Shown here: in pieces, positions 1-15,000 of the stretch
How positions within the stretch are numbered: position 1 is the first letter of the stretch
Layout of the letters: each line of letters opens with the position of its first letter
DNA from: Eledone cirrhosa
Lineage: Eukaryota
Reading direction: 5' to 3'
Length of the DNA stretch: 64,000 nucleotides
NCBI GenBank assembly: GCA_964016885.1
Contig: OZ024753.1
Span: 22,382,001 to 22,446,000 of the forward strand
Translations under genes and position numbers: made by a program
The notes under the pieces: model-generated
Seen by the model: only the letters and a program-made list of their open reading frames with translations
Databases searched by the model: none
Told to the model about the DNA's origin: nothing

Positions 1-3000
1 TGACCAGCAGTCACCCATATCCGAGGTTCAAATCCGGGGCAGGTTGTATTTGTGACCAACAGTCACCCATATCCGAAGCCCAAGTCCGGGGAAGGTTGTA
101 TTTGTGACCAGCAGTCACCCATATCCGAGGCCCAAGGCCGGGGAAGGTTGTATTTGCGACCAGCAGTCACCCATATCCGAGGCCCAAGTCCGGGGAAGGT
201 TGTATTTGTGACCAGCAGTCACCCATATCCGAGGCCCAAGTCCGGGGAAGGTTGTATTTGTGACCAGCAGTCACCCATATCCGAGGCCCAAGTCCGGGGA
301 AGGTTGTATTCGTGACCAGCAGTCACCCATATCCGAGGTTCAAGTCCAGGGAAGGTTGTATTTGTGACCAGCAGTCACCCATATCCGAGGTTCAAGTCCG
401 GGGAAGGTTGTATTTGTGACCAGCAGTCACCCATATCCGAGGCCCAAGTCCGGGGAAGGTTGTATTTGTGACCAGCAGTCACGCATATCCGAGGCCCAAG
501 TCCGGGGAAGGTTGTATTTGTGACCAGCAGTCACCCATATCCGAGGCCCAAGTCCGGGGAAGGTTGTATTTGTGACCAGCAGTCACCCATATCCGAGGTT
601 CAAGTCCGGGGAAGGTTGTATTTGTGACCAGCAGTCACCCATATCCGAGATTCAAGTCCGGGGAAGGTTGTATTTGTGACCTGCAGTCACCCATATCCGA
701 GGTTCAAGTCCGGGGAAGGTTGTATTTGTGACCAGCAGTCACCCATATCCGAGGCCCAAGGCCGGGAAGGTTGTATTTGTGACCAGCAGTCACCCATATC
801 CGAGATTCAAGTCTGGGGAAGGTTGTATTTGTGACCAGCAGTCACCCATATCCGAGGTTCAAGTCCAGGGAAGGTTGTATTTGTGACCAGCAGTCACCCA
901 TATCCGAGGTTCAAGTCCGGGGAAGGTTGTATTTGTGACCAGCAGTCACCCATATCCGAGATTCAAGTCCGGGGAAGGTTGTATTTGTGACCAGCAGTCA
1001 CCCATATCCGAGGTTCAAGTCCGGGGAAGGTTGTATTTGTGACCAGCAGTCACCTATATCCGAGGCCCAAGGCCGGGAAGGTTGTATTTGTGACCAGCAG
1101 TCACCCATACCCGAGATTCAAGTCCGGGGAAGGTTGTATTTGTGACCAGCAGTCACCCATATCCGAGGTTCAAGTCCAGGGAAGGTTGTATTTGTGACCA
1201 GCAGTCACCCATATCAGAGGCCCAAGTCCGGGGAAGGTTGTATTTGTGACCAGCAGTCACCCATATCCGAGGCCCAAGTCCGGGGAAGGTTGTATTTGTG
1301 ACCAGCAGTCACCCATATCCGAGGTTCAAGTCCGGGGAAGGTTGTATTTGTGACCAGCAGTCACCCATATCCGAAGCCCAAGGCCGGGAAGGTTGTATTT
1401 GTTACCAGCAGTCACCCATATCCGAGATTCAAGTCCGGCGAAGGTTGTATTTGTGACCAGCAGTCACCCATATCCGAGGCCCAAGGCCGGGAAGGTTGTA
1501 TTTGTGACCAGCAGTCACCCATATCAGAGATTCAAGTCCGGGGAAGGTTGTATTTGTGACCAGCAGTCACCCATATCCGAGGTTCAAGTCCAGGGAAGGT
1601 TGTATTTGTGACCAGCAGTCACCCATATCCGAGATTCAAGTCCAGGGAAGGTTGTATTTGTGACCAGCAGTCACCCATATCCGAGGTTCAAGTCCGGGGA
1701 AGGTTGTATTTGTGACCAGCAGTCACCCATATCCGAAGCCCAAGTCCGGGGATGTTGTATTTGTGACCAGCAGTCACCCATATCCGAGGTTCAAGTCCAG
1801 GGAAGGTTGTATTTGTGACCAGCAGTCACCCATATCCGAGGCCCAAGGCCGGGAAGGTTGTATTTGTGACCAGCAGTCCCCCATATTCGAGATTCAAGTC
1901 TGGGGAAGGTTGTATTTGTGACCAGCAGTCACCCATATCCGAAATTCAAGTCCAGGGAAGGTTGTATTTGTGACCAGCAGTCACCCATATCCGAGGCCCA
2001 AGTCTGGGGAAGGTTGTATTTGTGACCTGCAGTCACCCATATCCGAGGCCCAAGTCCGGGGAAGGTTGTATTTGTGACCAGCAGTCACCCATATCCGAGG
2101 TTCAAGTCCGGGGCAGGTTGTATTTGTGACCAGCAGTCACCCATATCCGAAGCCCAAGTCCGGGGAAGGTTGTATTTGTGACCAGCAGTCACCCATATCC
2201 GAGGCCCAAGGCCGGGGAAGGTTGTATTTGTGACCAGCAGTCACCCATATCCGAGGCCCAAGTCCGGGGAAGGTTGTATTTGTGACCAGCAGTCACCCAT
2301 ATCCGAGGCCCAAGTCCGGGGAAGGTTGTATTTGTGACCAGCAGTCACCCATATCCGAGGCCCAAGTCCGGGGAAGGTTGTATTTGTGACCAGCAGTCAC
2401 CCATATCCGAGGTTCAAGTCCAGGGAAGGTTGTATTTGTGACCAGCAGTCACCCATATCCGAGGTTCAAGTCAGGGGAAGGTTGTATTTGTGACCAGCAG
2501 TCACCCATATCCGAGGCCCAAGTCCGGGGAAGGTTGTATTTGTGACCAGCAGTCACGCATATCCGAGGCCCAGTCCGGGGAAGGTTGTATTTGTGACCAT
2601 CAGTCACCCATATCCGAGGCCCAAGTCCGGGGAAGGTTGTATTTGTGACCAGCAGTCACCCATATCCGAGGTTCAAGTCCGGGGAAGGTTGTATTTGTGA
2701 CCAGCAGTCACCCATATCCGAGATTCAAGTCCGGGGAAGGTTGTATTTGTGACCTGCAGTCACCCATATCCGAGGTTCAAGTCCGGGGAAGGTTGTATTT
2801 GTGACCAGCAGTCACCCATATCCGAGGCCCAAGGCCGGGAAGGTTGTATTTGTGACTAGCAGTCACCCATATCCGAGATTCAAGTCTGGGGAAGGTTGTA
2901 TTTGTGACCAGCAGTCACCCATATCCGAGGTTCAAGTCCAGGGAAGGTTGTATTTGTGACCAGCAGTCACCCATATCCGAGGTTCAAGTCCGGGGAAGGT

Positions 3001-6000
3001 TGTATTTGTGACCAGCAGTCACCCATATCCGAGATTCAAGTCCGGGGAAGGTTGTATTTGTGACCAGCAGTCACCCATATCCGAGGTTCAAGTCCGGGGA
3101 AGGTTGTATTTGTGACCAGCAGTCACCCATATCCGAGGACCAAGGCCGGGAAGGTTGTATTTGTGACCAGCAGTCACCCATATCCGAGATTCAAGTCCGG
3201 GGAAGGTTGTATTTGTGACCAGCAGTCACCCATATCCGAGGTTCAAGTCCAGGGAAGGTTGTATTTGTGACCAGCAGTCACCCATATCCGAGGCCCAAGT
3301 TCGGGGCAGGTTGTATTTGTGACCAGCAGTCACCCATATCCGAGGCCCAAGTCCGGGGAAGGTTGTATTTGTGACCAGCAGTCACCTATATCCGAGGTTC
3401 AAGTCCGGGGAAGGTTGTATTTGTGACCAGCAGTCACCCATATCCGAGGCCCAAGGCCGGGGAAGGTTGTATTTGTGACCAGCAGTCACCCATATCCGAG
3501 GCCCAAGTCCGGGGAAGGTTGTATTTGTGACCAGCAGTCACCCATATCCGAGGCCCAAGTCCGGGGAAGGTTGTATTTGTGACCAGCAGTCACCCATATC
3601 CGAGGCCCAAGTCCGGGGAAGGTTGTATTTGTGACCAGCAGTCACCCATATCCGAGATTCAAGTCCGGGGAAGGTTGTATTTGTGACCAGCAGTCACCCA
3701 TATCCGAGGTTCAAGTCCGGGGAATCTTGTATTTGTGACCAGCAGTCACCCATATCCGAGGCCCAAGTCCGGGGAAGGTTGTATTTGTGACCAGCAGTCA
3801 CCCATATCCGAGGTTCAAGTCCGGGGCAGGTTGTATTTGTGACCAGCAGTCACCCATATCCGAAGCCCAAGTCCGGGGAAGGTTGTATTTGTGACCAGCC
3901 CTCACCCATATCCGAGGCCCAAGGCCGGGGAAGGTTGTATTTGTGACCAGCCGTCACCCATATCCGAGGCCCAAGTCCGGGGAAGGTTGTATTTGTGACC
4001 AGCAGTCACCCATATCCGAGGTTCAAGTCCGGGGAAGGTGGTATTTGTGACCAGCAGTCACCCATATCTGAGGCCCAAGTCCGGGGAAGGTTGTATTTGT
4101 GACCAGCAGTCACCCATATCCGAGGTTCAAGTCCAGGGAAGGTTGTATTTGTGACCAGCAGTCACCCATATCCGAGGTTCAAGTCCGGGGAAGGTTGTAT
4201 TTGTGACCAGCAGTCACCCATATCCGAGGCCCAAGTCCGGGGAAGGTTGTATTTGTGACCAGCAGTCACGCATATCCGAGGCCCAAGTCCGGGGAAGGTT
4301 GTATTTGTGACCAGCAGTCACCCATATCCGAGGCCCAAGTCCGGGGAAGGTTGTATTTGTGACCAGCAGTCACCCATATCCGAGGTTCAAGTCCGGGGAA
4401 GGTTGTATTTTTGACCAGCAGTCACCCATATCCGAGATTCAAGTCCGGGGAAGGTTGTATTTGTGACCTGCAGTCACCCATATCCGAGGTTCAAGTCCGG
4501 GGAAGGTTGTATTTGTGACCAGCAGTCACCCATATCCGAGGCCCAAGGCCGGGAAGGTTGTATTTGTGACCAGCAGTCACCCATATCCGAGATTCAAGTC
4601 TGGGGAAGGTTGTATTTGTGACCAGCAGTCACCCATATCCGAGGTTCAAGTCCAGGGAAGGTTGTATTTGTGACCAGCAGTCACCCATATCCGAGGTTCA
4701 AGTCCGGGGAAGGTTGTATTTGTGACCAGCAGTCACCCACATCCGAGATTCAAGTCCGGGGAAGGTTGTATTTGTGACCAGCAGTCACCCATATCCGAGG
4801 TTCAAGTCCGGGGAAGGTTGTATTTGTGACCAGCAGTCACCCATATCCGAGGCCCAAGGCCGGGAAGGTTGTATTTGTGACCAGCAGTCACCCATATCAG
4901 AGATTCAAGTCCGGGGAAGGTTGTATTTGTGACCAGCAGTCACCCATATCCGAGGTTCAAGTCCAGGGAAGGTTGTATTTGTGACCAGCAGTCACCCATA
5001 TCAGAGGCCCAAGTCCGGGGAAGGTTGAATTTGTGACCAGCAGTCACCCATATCCGAGGCCCAAGTCCGGGGAAGGTTGCATTTGTGACCAGCAGTCACC
5101 CATATCCGAGGTTCAAGTCCGGGGAAGGTTGTATTTGTGACCAGCAATCACCCATATCCGAGGCCCAAGGCCGGGAAGGTTGTATTTGTTACCAGCAGTC
5201 ACCCATATCCGAGGTTCAAGTCCGGGGAAGGTTGTATTTGTGACCAGCAGTCACCCATATCCGAGGCCCAAGGCCGGGAAGGTTGTATTTGTGACCAGCA
5301 GTCACCCATATCCGAGGCCCAAGGCCGGGAAGGTTGTATTTGTGACCAGCAGTCACCCATATCAGAGATTCAAGTCCGGGGAAGGTTGTATTTGTGACCA
5401 GCAGTCACCCATATCCGAGGTTCAAGTCCAGGGAAGGTTGTATTTGTTACCAGCAGTCACCCATATCCGAGGTTCAAGTCCGGGGAATCTTGTATTTGTG
5501 ACCAGCAGTCACCCATATCCGAGGCCCAAGTCCGGGGAAGGTTGTATTTGTGACCAGCAGTCACCCATATCCGAGGTTCAAGTCCGGGGCAGGTTGTATT
5601 TGTGACCAGCAGTCACCCATATCCGAAGCCCAAGTCCGGGGAAGGTTGTATTTGTGACCAGCCGTCACCCATATCCGAGGCCCAAGGCCGGGGAAGGTTG
5701 TATTTGTGACCAGCAGTCACCCATATCCGAGGCCCAAGTCCGGGGAAGGTTGTATTTGTGACCAGCATTCACCTATATCCGAGGCCCAAGTCCGGGGAAG
5801 GTTGTATTTGTGACCAGCAGTCACCCATATCTGAGGCCCAAGTCCGGGGAAGGTTGTATTTGTGACCAGCAGTCACCCATATCCGAGGTTCAAGTCCAGG
5901 GAAGGTTGTATTTGTGACCAGCAGTCACACATATCCGAGGTTCAAGTCCGGGGAAGGTTGTATTTGTGACCAGCAGTCACCCATATCCGAGGCCCAAGTC

Positions 6001-9000
6001 CGGGGAAGGTTGTATTTGTGACCAGCAGTCACGCATATCCGAGGCCCAAGTCCGGGGAAGGTTGTATTTGTGACCAGCAGTCACCCATATCCGAGGCCCA
6101 AGTCCGGGGAAGGTTGTATTTGTGACCAGCAGTCACCCATATCCGAGGTTCAAGTCCGGGGAAGGTTGTATTTGTGACCAGCAGTCACCCATATCCGAGA
6201 TTCAAGTTCGGGGAAGGTTGTATTTGTGACCTGCAGTCACCCATATCCGAGGTTCAAGTCCGGGGAAGGTTGTATTTGTGACCAGCAGTCACCCATATCC
6301 GAGGCCCAAGGCCGGGAAGGTTGTATTTGTGACCAGCAGTCACCCATATCCGAGATTCAAGTCTGGGGAAGGTTGTATTTGTGACCAGCAGTCACCCATA
6401 TCCGAGGCCCAAGGCCGGGAAGGTTGTATTTGTTACCAGCAGTCACCCATATCCGAGGTTCAAGTCCGGGGAAGGTTGTATTTGTGACCAGCAGTCAACC
6501 ATATCCGAGGCCCAAGGCCGGGAAGGTTGTATTTGTGACCAGCAGTCACCCATATCCGAGGCCCAAGGCCGGGAAGGTTGTATTTGTGACCAGCAGTCAC
6601 TCATATCAGAGATTCAAGTCCGGGGAAGGTTGTATTTGTGACCAGCAGTCACCCATATCCGAGATTCAAGTCCAGGGAAGGTTGTATTTGTGACCAGCAG
6701 TCACCCATATCCGAGGTTCAAGTCCGGGGAAGGTTGTATTTGTGACCAGCAGTCACCCATATCCGAAGCCCAAGTCCGGGGATGTTGTATTTGTGACCAG
6801 CAGTCACCCATATCCGAGGTTCAAGTCCAGGGAAGGTTGTATATGTGACCAGCAGTCACCCATATCCGAGGCCCAAGGCCGGGAAGGTTGTATTTGTGAC
6901 CAGCAGTCACCCATATCCGAGATTCAAGTCTGGGGAAGGTTGTATTTGTGACCAGCAGTCACCCATATCCGAGGTTCAAGTCCAGGGAAGGTTGTATTTG
7001 TGACCAGTAGTCACCCATTTCCGAGGCCCAAGTCTGGGGAAGGTTGTATTTGTGACCTGCAGTCACCCATATCCGAGGCCCAAGTCCGGGGAAGGTTGTA
7101 TTTGTGACCAGCAGTCACCCATATCCGAGGTTCAAGTCCGGGGCAGGTTGTATTTGTGACCAGCAGTCACCCATATCCGAAGCCCAAGTCCGGGGAAGGT
7201 TGTATTTGTGACCAGCAGTCACCCATATCCGAGGCCCAAGGCCGGGGAAGGTTGTATTTGTGACCAGCAGTCACCCATATCCGAGGCCAAAGTCCGGGGA
7301 AGGTTGTATTTGTGACCAGCAGTCACCCATATCCGAGGCCCAAGTCCGGGGAAGGTTGTATTTGTGACCAGCAGTCACCTATATCCGAGGTTCAAGTCCA
7401 GAGAAGGTTGTATTTGTGACCAGCAGTCACCCATATCCGAGGTTCAAGTCCGGGGAAGGTTGTATTTGTGACCAGCAGTCACCCATATCCGAGGCCCAAG
7501 TCCGGGGAAGGTTGTATTTGTGACCAGCAGTCACGCATATCCGAGGCCCAAGTCCGGGGAAGGTTGTATTTGTGACCAGCAGTCACCCATATCCGAGGCC
7601 CAAGTCCGGGGAAGGTTGTATTTGTGACCAGCAGTCACCCATATCCGAGGTTCAAGTCCGGGGAAGGTTGTATTTGTGACCAGCAGTCACCCATATCCGA
7701 GGCCAACGTCTGGGGAAGGTTGTATTTGTGACCAGCAGTCACCCATATCCGAGGTTCAAGTCCAGGGAAGGTTGTATTTGTGACCAGCAGTCACCCATAT
7801 CCGAGGTTCAAGTCCGGGGAAGGTTGTATTTGTGACCAGCAGTCACCCATATCCGAGATTCAAGTCCGGGGAAGGTTGTATTTGTGACCAGCAGTCACCC
7901 ATATCCGAGGTTCAAGTCCGGGGAATGTTGTATTTGTGACCAGCAGTCACCCATATCCGAAATTCAAGTCCAGGGAAGGTTGTATTTGTGACCAGCAGTC
8001 ACCCATATCCGAGGCCCAAGTCTGGGGAAGGTTGTATTTGTGACCAGCAGTCACCCATATCCGAGGCCCAAGTCTGGGGAAGGTTGTATTTGTGACCAGC
8101 AGTCACCCATATCCGAAGCCCAAGTCCGGGGAAGGTTGTATTTGTGACCAGCAGTCACCCATATCCGAGGCCCAAGGCCGGGGAAGGTTGTATTTGTGAC
8201 CAGCAGTCACCCATATCCGAGGCCCAAGTCCGGGGAAGGTTGTATTTGTGACCAGCAGTCACCCATATCCGAGGCCCAAGTCCGGGGAAGGTTGTATTTG
8301 TGACCAGCAGTCACCCATATCCGAGGCCCAAGTCCGGGGAAGGTTGTATTTGTGACCAGCAGTCACCCATATCCGAGGTTCAAGTCCAGGGAAGGTTGTA
8401 TTTGTGACCAGCAGTCACCCATATCCGAGGTTCAAGTCCGGGGAAGGTTGTATTTGTGACCAGCAGTCACCCATATCCGAGGCCCAAGTCCGGGGAAGGT
8501 TGTATTTGTGACCAGCAGTCACGCATATCCGAGGCCCAAGTCCGGGGAAGGTTGTATTTGTGACCAGCAGTCACCCATATCCGAGGCCCAAGTCCGGGGA
8601 AGGTTGTATTTGTGACCAGCAGTCACCCATATCCGAGGTTCAAGTCCGGGGAAGGTTGTATTTGTGACCAGCAGTCACCCATATCCGAGATTCAAGTCCG
8701 GGGAAGGTTGTATTTGTGACCTGCAGTCACCCATATCCGAGGTTCAAGTCCGGGGAAGGTTGTATTTGTGACCAGCAGTCACCCATATCCGAGGCCCAAG
8801 GCCGGGAAGGTTGTATTTGTGACCAGCAGTCACCCATATCCGAGATTCAAGTCTGGGGAAGGTTGTATTTGTGACCAGCAGTCACCCATATCCGAGGTTC
8901 AAGTCCAGGGAAGGTTGTATTTGTGACCAGCAGTCACCCATATCCGAGGTTCAAGTCCGGGGAAGGTTGTATTTGTGACCAGCAGTCACCCATATCCGAG

Positions 9001-12000
9001 ATTCAAGTCCGGGGAAGGTTGTATTTGTGACCAGCAGTCACCCATATCCGAGGTTCAAGTCCGGGGAAGGTTGTATTTGTGACCAGCAGTCACCCATATC
9101 CGAGGACCAAGGCCGGGAAGGTTGTATTTGTGACCAGCAGTCACCCATATCCGAGATTCAAGTCCGGGGAAGGTTGTATTTGTGACCAGCAGTCACCCAT
9201 ATCCGAGGTTCAAGTCCAGGGAAGGTTGTATTTGTGACCAGCAGTCACCCATATCCGAGGCCCAAGTCCGGGGCAGGTTGTATTTGTGACCAGCAGTCAC
9301 CCATATCCGAGGCCCAAGTCCGGGGAAGGTTGTATTTGTGACCAGCAGTCACCTATATCCGAGGTTCAAGTCCGGGGAAGGTTGTATTTGTGACCAGCAG
9401 TCACCCATATCCGAGGCCCAAGGCCGGGGAAGGTTGTATTTGTGACCAGCAGTCACCCATATCCGAGGCCCAAGTCCGGGGAAGGTTGTATTTGTGACCA
9501 GCAGTCACCCATATCCGAGGCCCAAGTCCGGGGAAGGTTGTATTTGTGACCAGCAGTCACCCATATCCGAGGCCCAAGTCCGGGGAAGGTTGTATTTGTG
9601 ACCAGCAGTCACCCATATCCGAGATTCAAGTCCGGGGAAGGTTGTATTTGTGACCAGCAGTCACCCATATCCGAGGTTCAAGTCCGGGGAATCTTGTATT
9701 TGTGACCAGCAGTCACCCATATCCGAGGCCCAAGTCCGGGGAAGGTTGTATTTGTGACCAGCAGTCACCCATATCCGAGGTTCAAGTCCGGGGCAGGTTG
9801 TATTTGTGACCAGCAGTCACCCATATCCGAAGCCCAAGTCCGGGGAAGGTTGTATTTGTGACCAGCCGTCACCCATATCCGAGGCCCAAGGCCGGGGAAG
9901 GTTGTATTTGTGACCAGCAGTCACCCATATCCGAGGCCCAAGTCCGGGGAAGGTTGTATTTGTGACCAGCAGTCACCCATATCCGAGGCCCAAGTCCGGG
10001 GAAGGTTGTATTTGTGACCAGCAGTCACCCATATCTGAGGCCCAAGTCCGGGGAAGGTTGTATTTGTGACCAGCAGTCACCCATATCCGAGGTTCAAGTC
10101 CAGGGAAGGTTGTATTTGTGACCAGCAGTCACCCATATCCGAGGTTCAAGTCCGGGGAAGGTTGTATTTGTGACCAGCAGTCACCCATATCCGAGGCCCA
10201 AGTCCGGGGAAGGTTGTATTTGTGACCAGCAGTCACGCATATCCGAGGCCCAAGTCCGGGGAAGGTTGTATTTGTGACCAGCAGTCACCCATATCCGAGG
10301 CCCAAGTCCGGGGAAGGTTGTATTTGTGACCAGCAGTCACCCATATCCGAGGTTCAAGTCCGGGGAAGGTTGTATTTTTGACCAGCAGTCACCCATATCC
10401 GAGATTCAAGTCCGGGGAAGGTTGTATTTGTGACCTGCAGTCACCCATATCCGAGGTTTAAGTCCGGGGAAGGTTGTATTTGTGACCAGCAGTCACCCAT
10501 ATCCGAGGCCCAAGGCCGGGAAGGTTGTATTTGTGACCAGCAGTCACCCCTATCCGAGATTCAAGTCTGGGGAAGGTTGTATTTGTGACCAGCAGTCACC
10601 CATATCCGAGGTTCAAGGCCAGGGAAGGTTGTATTTGTGACCAGCAGTCACCCATATCCGAGGTTCAAGTCCGGGGAAGGTTGTATTTGTGACCAGCAGT
10701 CACCCACATCCGAGATTCAAGTCCGGGGAAGGTTGTATTTGTGACCAGCAGTCACCCATATCCGAGGTTCAAGTCCGGGGAAGGTTGTATTTGTGACCAG
10801 CAGTCACCCATATCCGAGGCCCAAGGCCGGGAAGGTTGTATTTGTGACCAGCAGTCACCCATATCAGAGATTCAAGTCCGGGGAAGGTTGTATTTGTGAC
10901 CAGCAGTCACCCATATCCGAGGTTCAAGTCCAGGGAAGGTTGTATTTGTGACCAGCAGTCACCCATATCAGAGGCCCAAGTCCGGGGAAGGTTGAATTTG
11001 TGACCAGCAGTCACCCATATCCGAGGCCCAAGTCCGGGGAAGGTTGCATTTGTGACCAGCAGTCACCCATATCCGAGGTTCAAGTCCGGGGAAGGTTGTA
11101 TTTGTGACCAGCAATCACCCATATCCGAGGCCCAAGGCCGGGAAGGTTGTATTTGTTACCAGCAGTCACCCATATCCGAGGTTCAAGTCCGGGGAAGGTT
11201 GTATTTGTGACCAGCAGTCACCCATATCCGAGGCCCAAGGCCGGGAAGGTTGTATTTGTGACCAGCAGTCACCCATATCCGAGGCCCAAGGCCGGGAAGG
11301 TTGTATTTGTGACCAGCAGTCACCCATATCAGAGATTCAAGTCCGGGGAAGGTTGTATTTGTGACCAGCAGTCACCCATATCCGAGGTTCAAGTCCAGGG
11401 AAGGTTGTATTTGTTACCAGCAGTCACCCATATCCGAGGTTCAAGTCCGGGGAATCTTGTATTTGTGACCAGCAGTCACCCATATCCGAGGCCCAAGTCC
11501 GGGGAAGGTTGTATTTGTGACCAGCAGTCACCCATATCCGAGGTTCAAGTCCGGGGCAGGTTGTATTTGTGACCAGCAGTCACCCATATCCGAAGCCCAA
11601 GTCCGGGGAAGGTTGTATTTGTGACCAGCCGTCACCCATATCCGAGGCCCAAGGCCGGGGAAGGTTGTATTTGTGACCAGCAGTCACCCATATCCGAGGC
11701 CCAAGTCCGGGGAAGGTTGTATTTGTGACCAGCATTCACCCATATCCGAGGCCCAAGTCCGGGGAAGGTTGTATTTGTGACCAGCAGTCACCCATATCTG
11801 AGGCCCAAGTCCGGGGAAGGTTGTATTTGTGACCAGCAGTCACCCATATCCGAGGTTCAAGTCCAGGGAAGGTTGTATTTGTGACCAGCAGTCACACATA
11901 TCCGAGGTTCAAGTCCGGGGAAGGTTGTATTTGTGACCAGCAGTCACCCATATCCGAGGCCCAAGTCCGGGGAAGGTTGTATTTGTGACCAGCAGTCACG

Positions 12001-15000
12001 CATATCCGAGGCCCAAGTCCGGGGAAGGTTGTATTTGTGACCAGCAGTCACCCATATCCGAGGCCCAAGTCCGGGGAAGGTTGTATTTGTGACCAGCAGT
12101 CACCCATATCCGAGGTTCAAGTCCGGGGAAGGTTGTATTTGTGACCAGCAGTCACCCATATCCGAGATTCAAGTTCGGGGAAGGTTGTATTTGTGACCTG
12201 CAGTCACCCATATCCGAGGTTCAAGTCCGGGGAAGGTTGTATTTGTGACCAGCAGTCACCCATATCCGAGGCCCAAGGCCGGGAAGGTTTTATTTGTGAC
12301 CAGCAGTCACCCATATCCGAGATTCAAGTCTGGGGAAGGTTGTATTTGTGACCAGCAGTCACCCATATCCGAGGCCCAAGGCCGGGAAGGTTGTATTTGT
12401 TACCAGCAGTCACCCATATCCGAGGTTCAAGTCCGGGGAAGGTTGTATTTGTGACCAGCAGTCAACCATATCCGAGGCCCAAGGCCGGGAAGGTTGTATT
12501 TGTGACCAGCAGTCACCCATATCCGAGGCCCAAGGCCGGGAAGGTTGTATTTGTGACCAGCAGTCACTCATATCAGAGATTCAAGTCCGGGGAAGGTTGT
12601 ATTTGTGACCAGCAGTCACCCATATCCGAGGTTCAAGTCCAGGGAAGGTTGTATTTGTGACCAGCAGTCACCCATATCCGAGATTCAAGTCCAGGGAAGG
12701 TTGTATTTGTGACCAGCAGTCACCCATATCCGAGTTTCAAGTCCGGGGAAGGTTGTATTTGTGACCAGCAGTCACCCATATCCGAAGCCCAAGTCCGGGG
12801 ATGTTGTATTTGTGACCAGCAGTCACCCATATCCGAGGTTCAAGTCCAGGGAAGGTTGTATATGTGACCAGCAGTCACCCATATCCGAGGCCCAAGGCCG
12901 GGAAGGTTGTATTTGTGACCAGCAGTCACCCATATCCGAGATTCAAGTCTGGGGAAGGTTGTATTTGTGACCAGCAGTCACCATATCCGAGGTTCAAGTC
13001 CAGGGAAGGTTGTATTTGTGACCAGTAGTCACCCATTTCCGAGGCCCAAGTCTGGGGAAGGTTGTATTTGTGACCTGCAGTCACCCATATCCGAGGCCCA
13101 AGTCCGGGGAAGGTTGTATTTGTGACCAGCAGTCACCCATATCCGAGGTTCAAGTCCGGGGCAGGTTGTATTTGTGACCAGCAGTCACCCATATCCGAAG
13201 CCCAAGTCCGGGGAAGGTTGTATTTGTGACCAGCAGTCACCCATATCCGAGGCCCAAGGCCGGGGAAGGTTGTATTTGTGACCAGCAGTCACCCATATCC
13301 GAGGCCCAAGTCCGGGGAAGGTTGTATTTGTGACCAGCAGTCACCCATATCCGAGGCCAAAGTCCGGGGAAGGTTGTATTTGTGACCAGCAGTCACCCAT
13401 ATCCGAGGCCCAAGTCCGGGGAAGGTTGTATTTGTGACCAGCAGTCACCCATATCCGAGGTTCAAGTCCAGAGAAGGTTGTATTTGTGACCAGCAGTCAC
13501 CCATATCCGAGGTTCAAGTCCGGGGAAGGTTGTATTTGTGACCAGCAGTCACCCATATCCGAGGCCCAAGTCCGGGGAAGGTTGTATTTGTGACCAGCAG
13601 TCACGCATATCCGAGGCCCAAGTCCGGGGAAGGTTGTATTTGTGACCAGCAGTCACCCATATCCGAGGCCCAAGTCCGGGGAAGGTTGTATTTGTGACCA
13701 GCAGTCACCCATATCCGAGGTTCAAGTCCGGGGAAGGTTGTATTTGTGACCAGCAGTCACCCATATCCGAGGCCAAAGTCTGGGGAAGGTTGTATTTGTG
13801 ACCAGCAGTCACCCATATCCGAGGTTCAAGTCCAGGGAAGGTTGTATTTGTGACCAGCAGTCACCCATATCCGAGGTTCAAGTCCGGGGAAGGTTGTATT
13901 TGTGACCAGCAGTCACCCATATCCGAGATTCAAGTCCGGGGAAGGTTGTATTTGTGACCAGCAGTCACCCATATCCGAGGTTCAAGTCCGGGGAATGTTG
14001 TATTTGTGACCAGCAGTCACCCATATCCGAGGCCCAAGTCCGGGGAAGGTTGTATTTGTGACCAGCAGTCACCCATATCCGAGGTTCAAGTCCGGGGCAG
14101 GTTGTATTTGTGACCAGCAGTCACCCATATCCGAAGCCCAAGTCCGGGGAAGGTTGTATTTGTGACCAGCAGTCACCCATATCCGAGGCCCAAGGCCGGG
14201 GAAGGTTGTATTTGTGACCAGCAGTCACCCATATCCGAGGCCCAAGTCCGGGGAAGGTTGTATTTGTGACCAGCAGTCACCCATATCCGAGGCCCAAGTC
14301 CGGGGAAGGTTGTATTTGTGACCAGCAGTCACCCATATCCGAGGCCCAAGTCCGGGGAAGGTTGTATTTGTGACCAGCAGTCACCCATATCCGAGGTTCA
14401 AGTCCAGGGAAGGTTGTATTTGTGACCAGCAGTCACCCATATCCGAGGTTCAAGTCCGGGGAAGGTTGTATTTGTGACCAGCAGTCACCCATATCCGAGG
14501 CCCAAGTCCGGGGAAGGTTGTATTTGTGACCAGCAGTCACGCATATCCGAGGCCCAAGTCCGGTGAAGGTTGTATTTGTGACCAGCAGTCACCCATATCC
14601 GAGGCCCAAGTCCGGGGAAGGTTGTATTTGTGACCAGCAGTCACCCATATCCGAGGTTCAAGTCCGGGGAAGGTTGTATTTGTGACCAGCAGTCACCCAT
14701 ATCCGAGATTCAAGTCCGGGGAAGGTTGTATTTGTGACCTGCAGTCACCCATATCCGAGGTTCAAGTCCGGGGAAGGTTGTATTTGTGACCAGCAGTCAC
14801 CCATATCCGAGGCCCAAGGCCGGGAAGGTTGTATTTTTGACCAGCAGTCACCCATATCCGAGATTCAAGTCTGGGGAAGGTTGTATTTGTGACCAGCAGT
14901 CACCCATATCCGAGGTTCAAGTCCGGGGAAGGTTGTATTTGTGACCAGCAGTCACCCATATCCGAGGCCCAAGGCCGGGAAGGTTGTATTTGTGACCAGC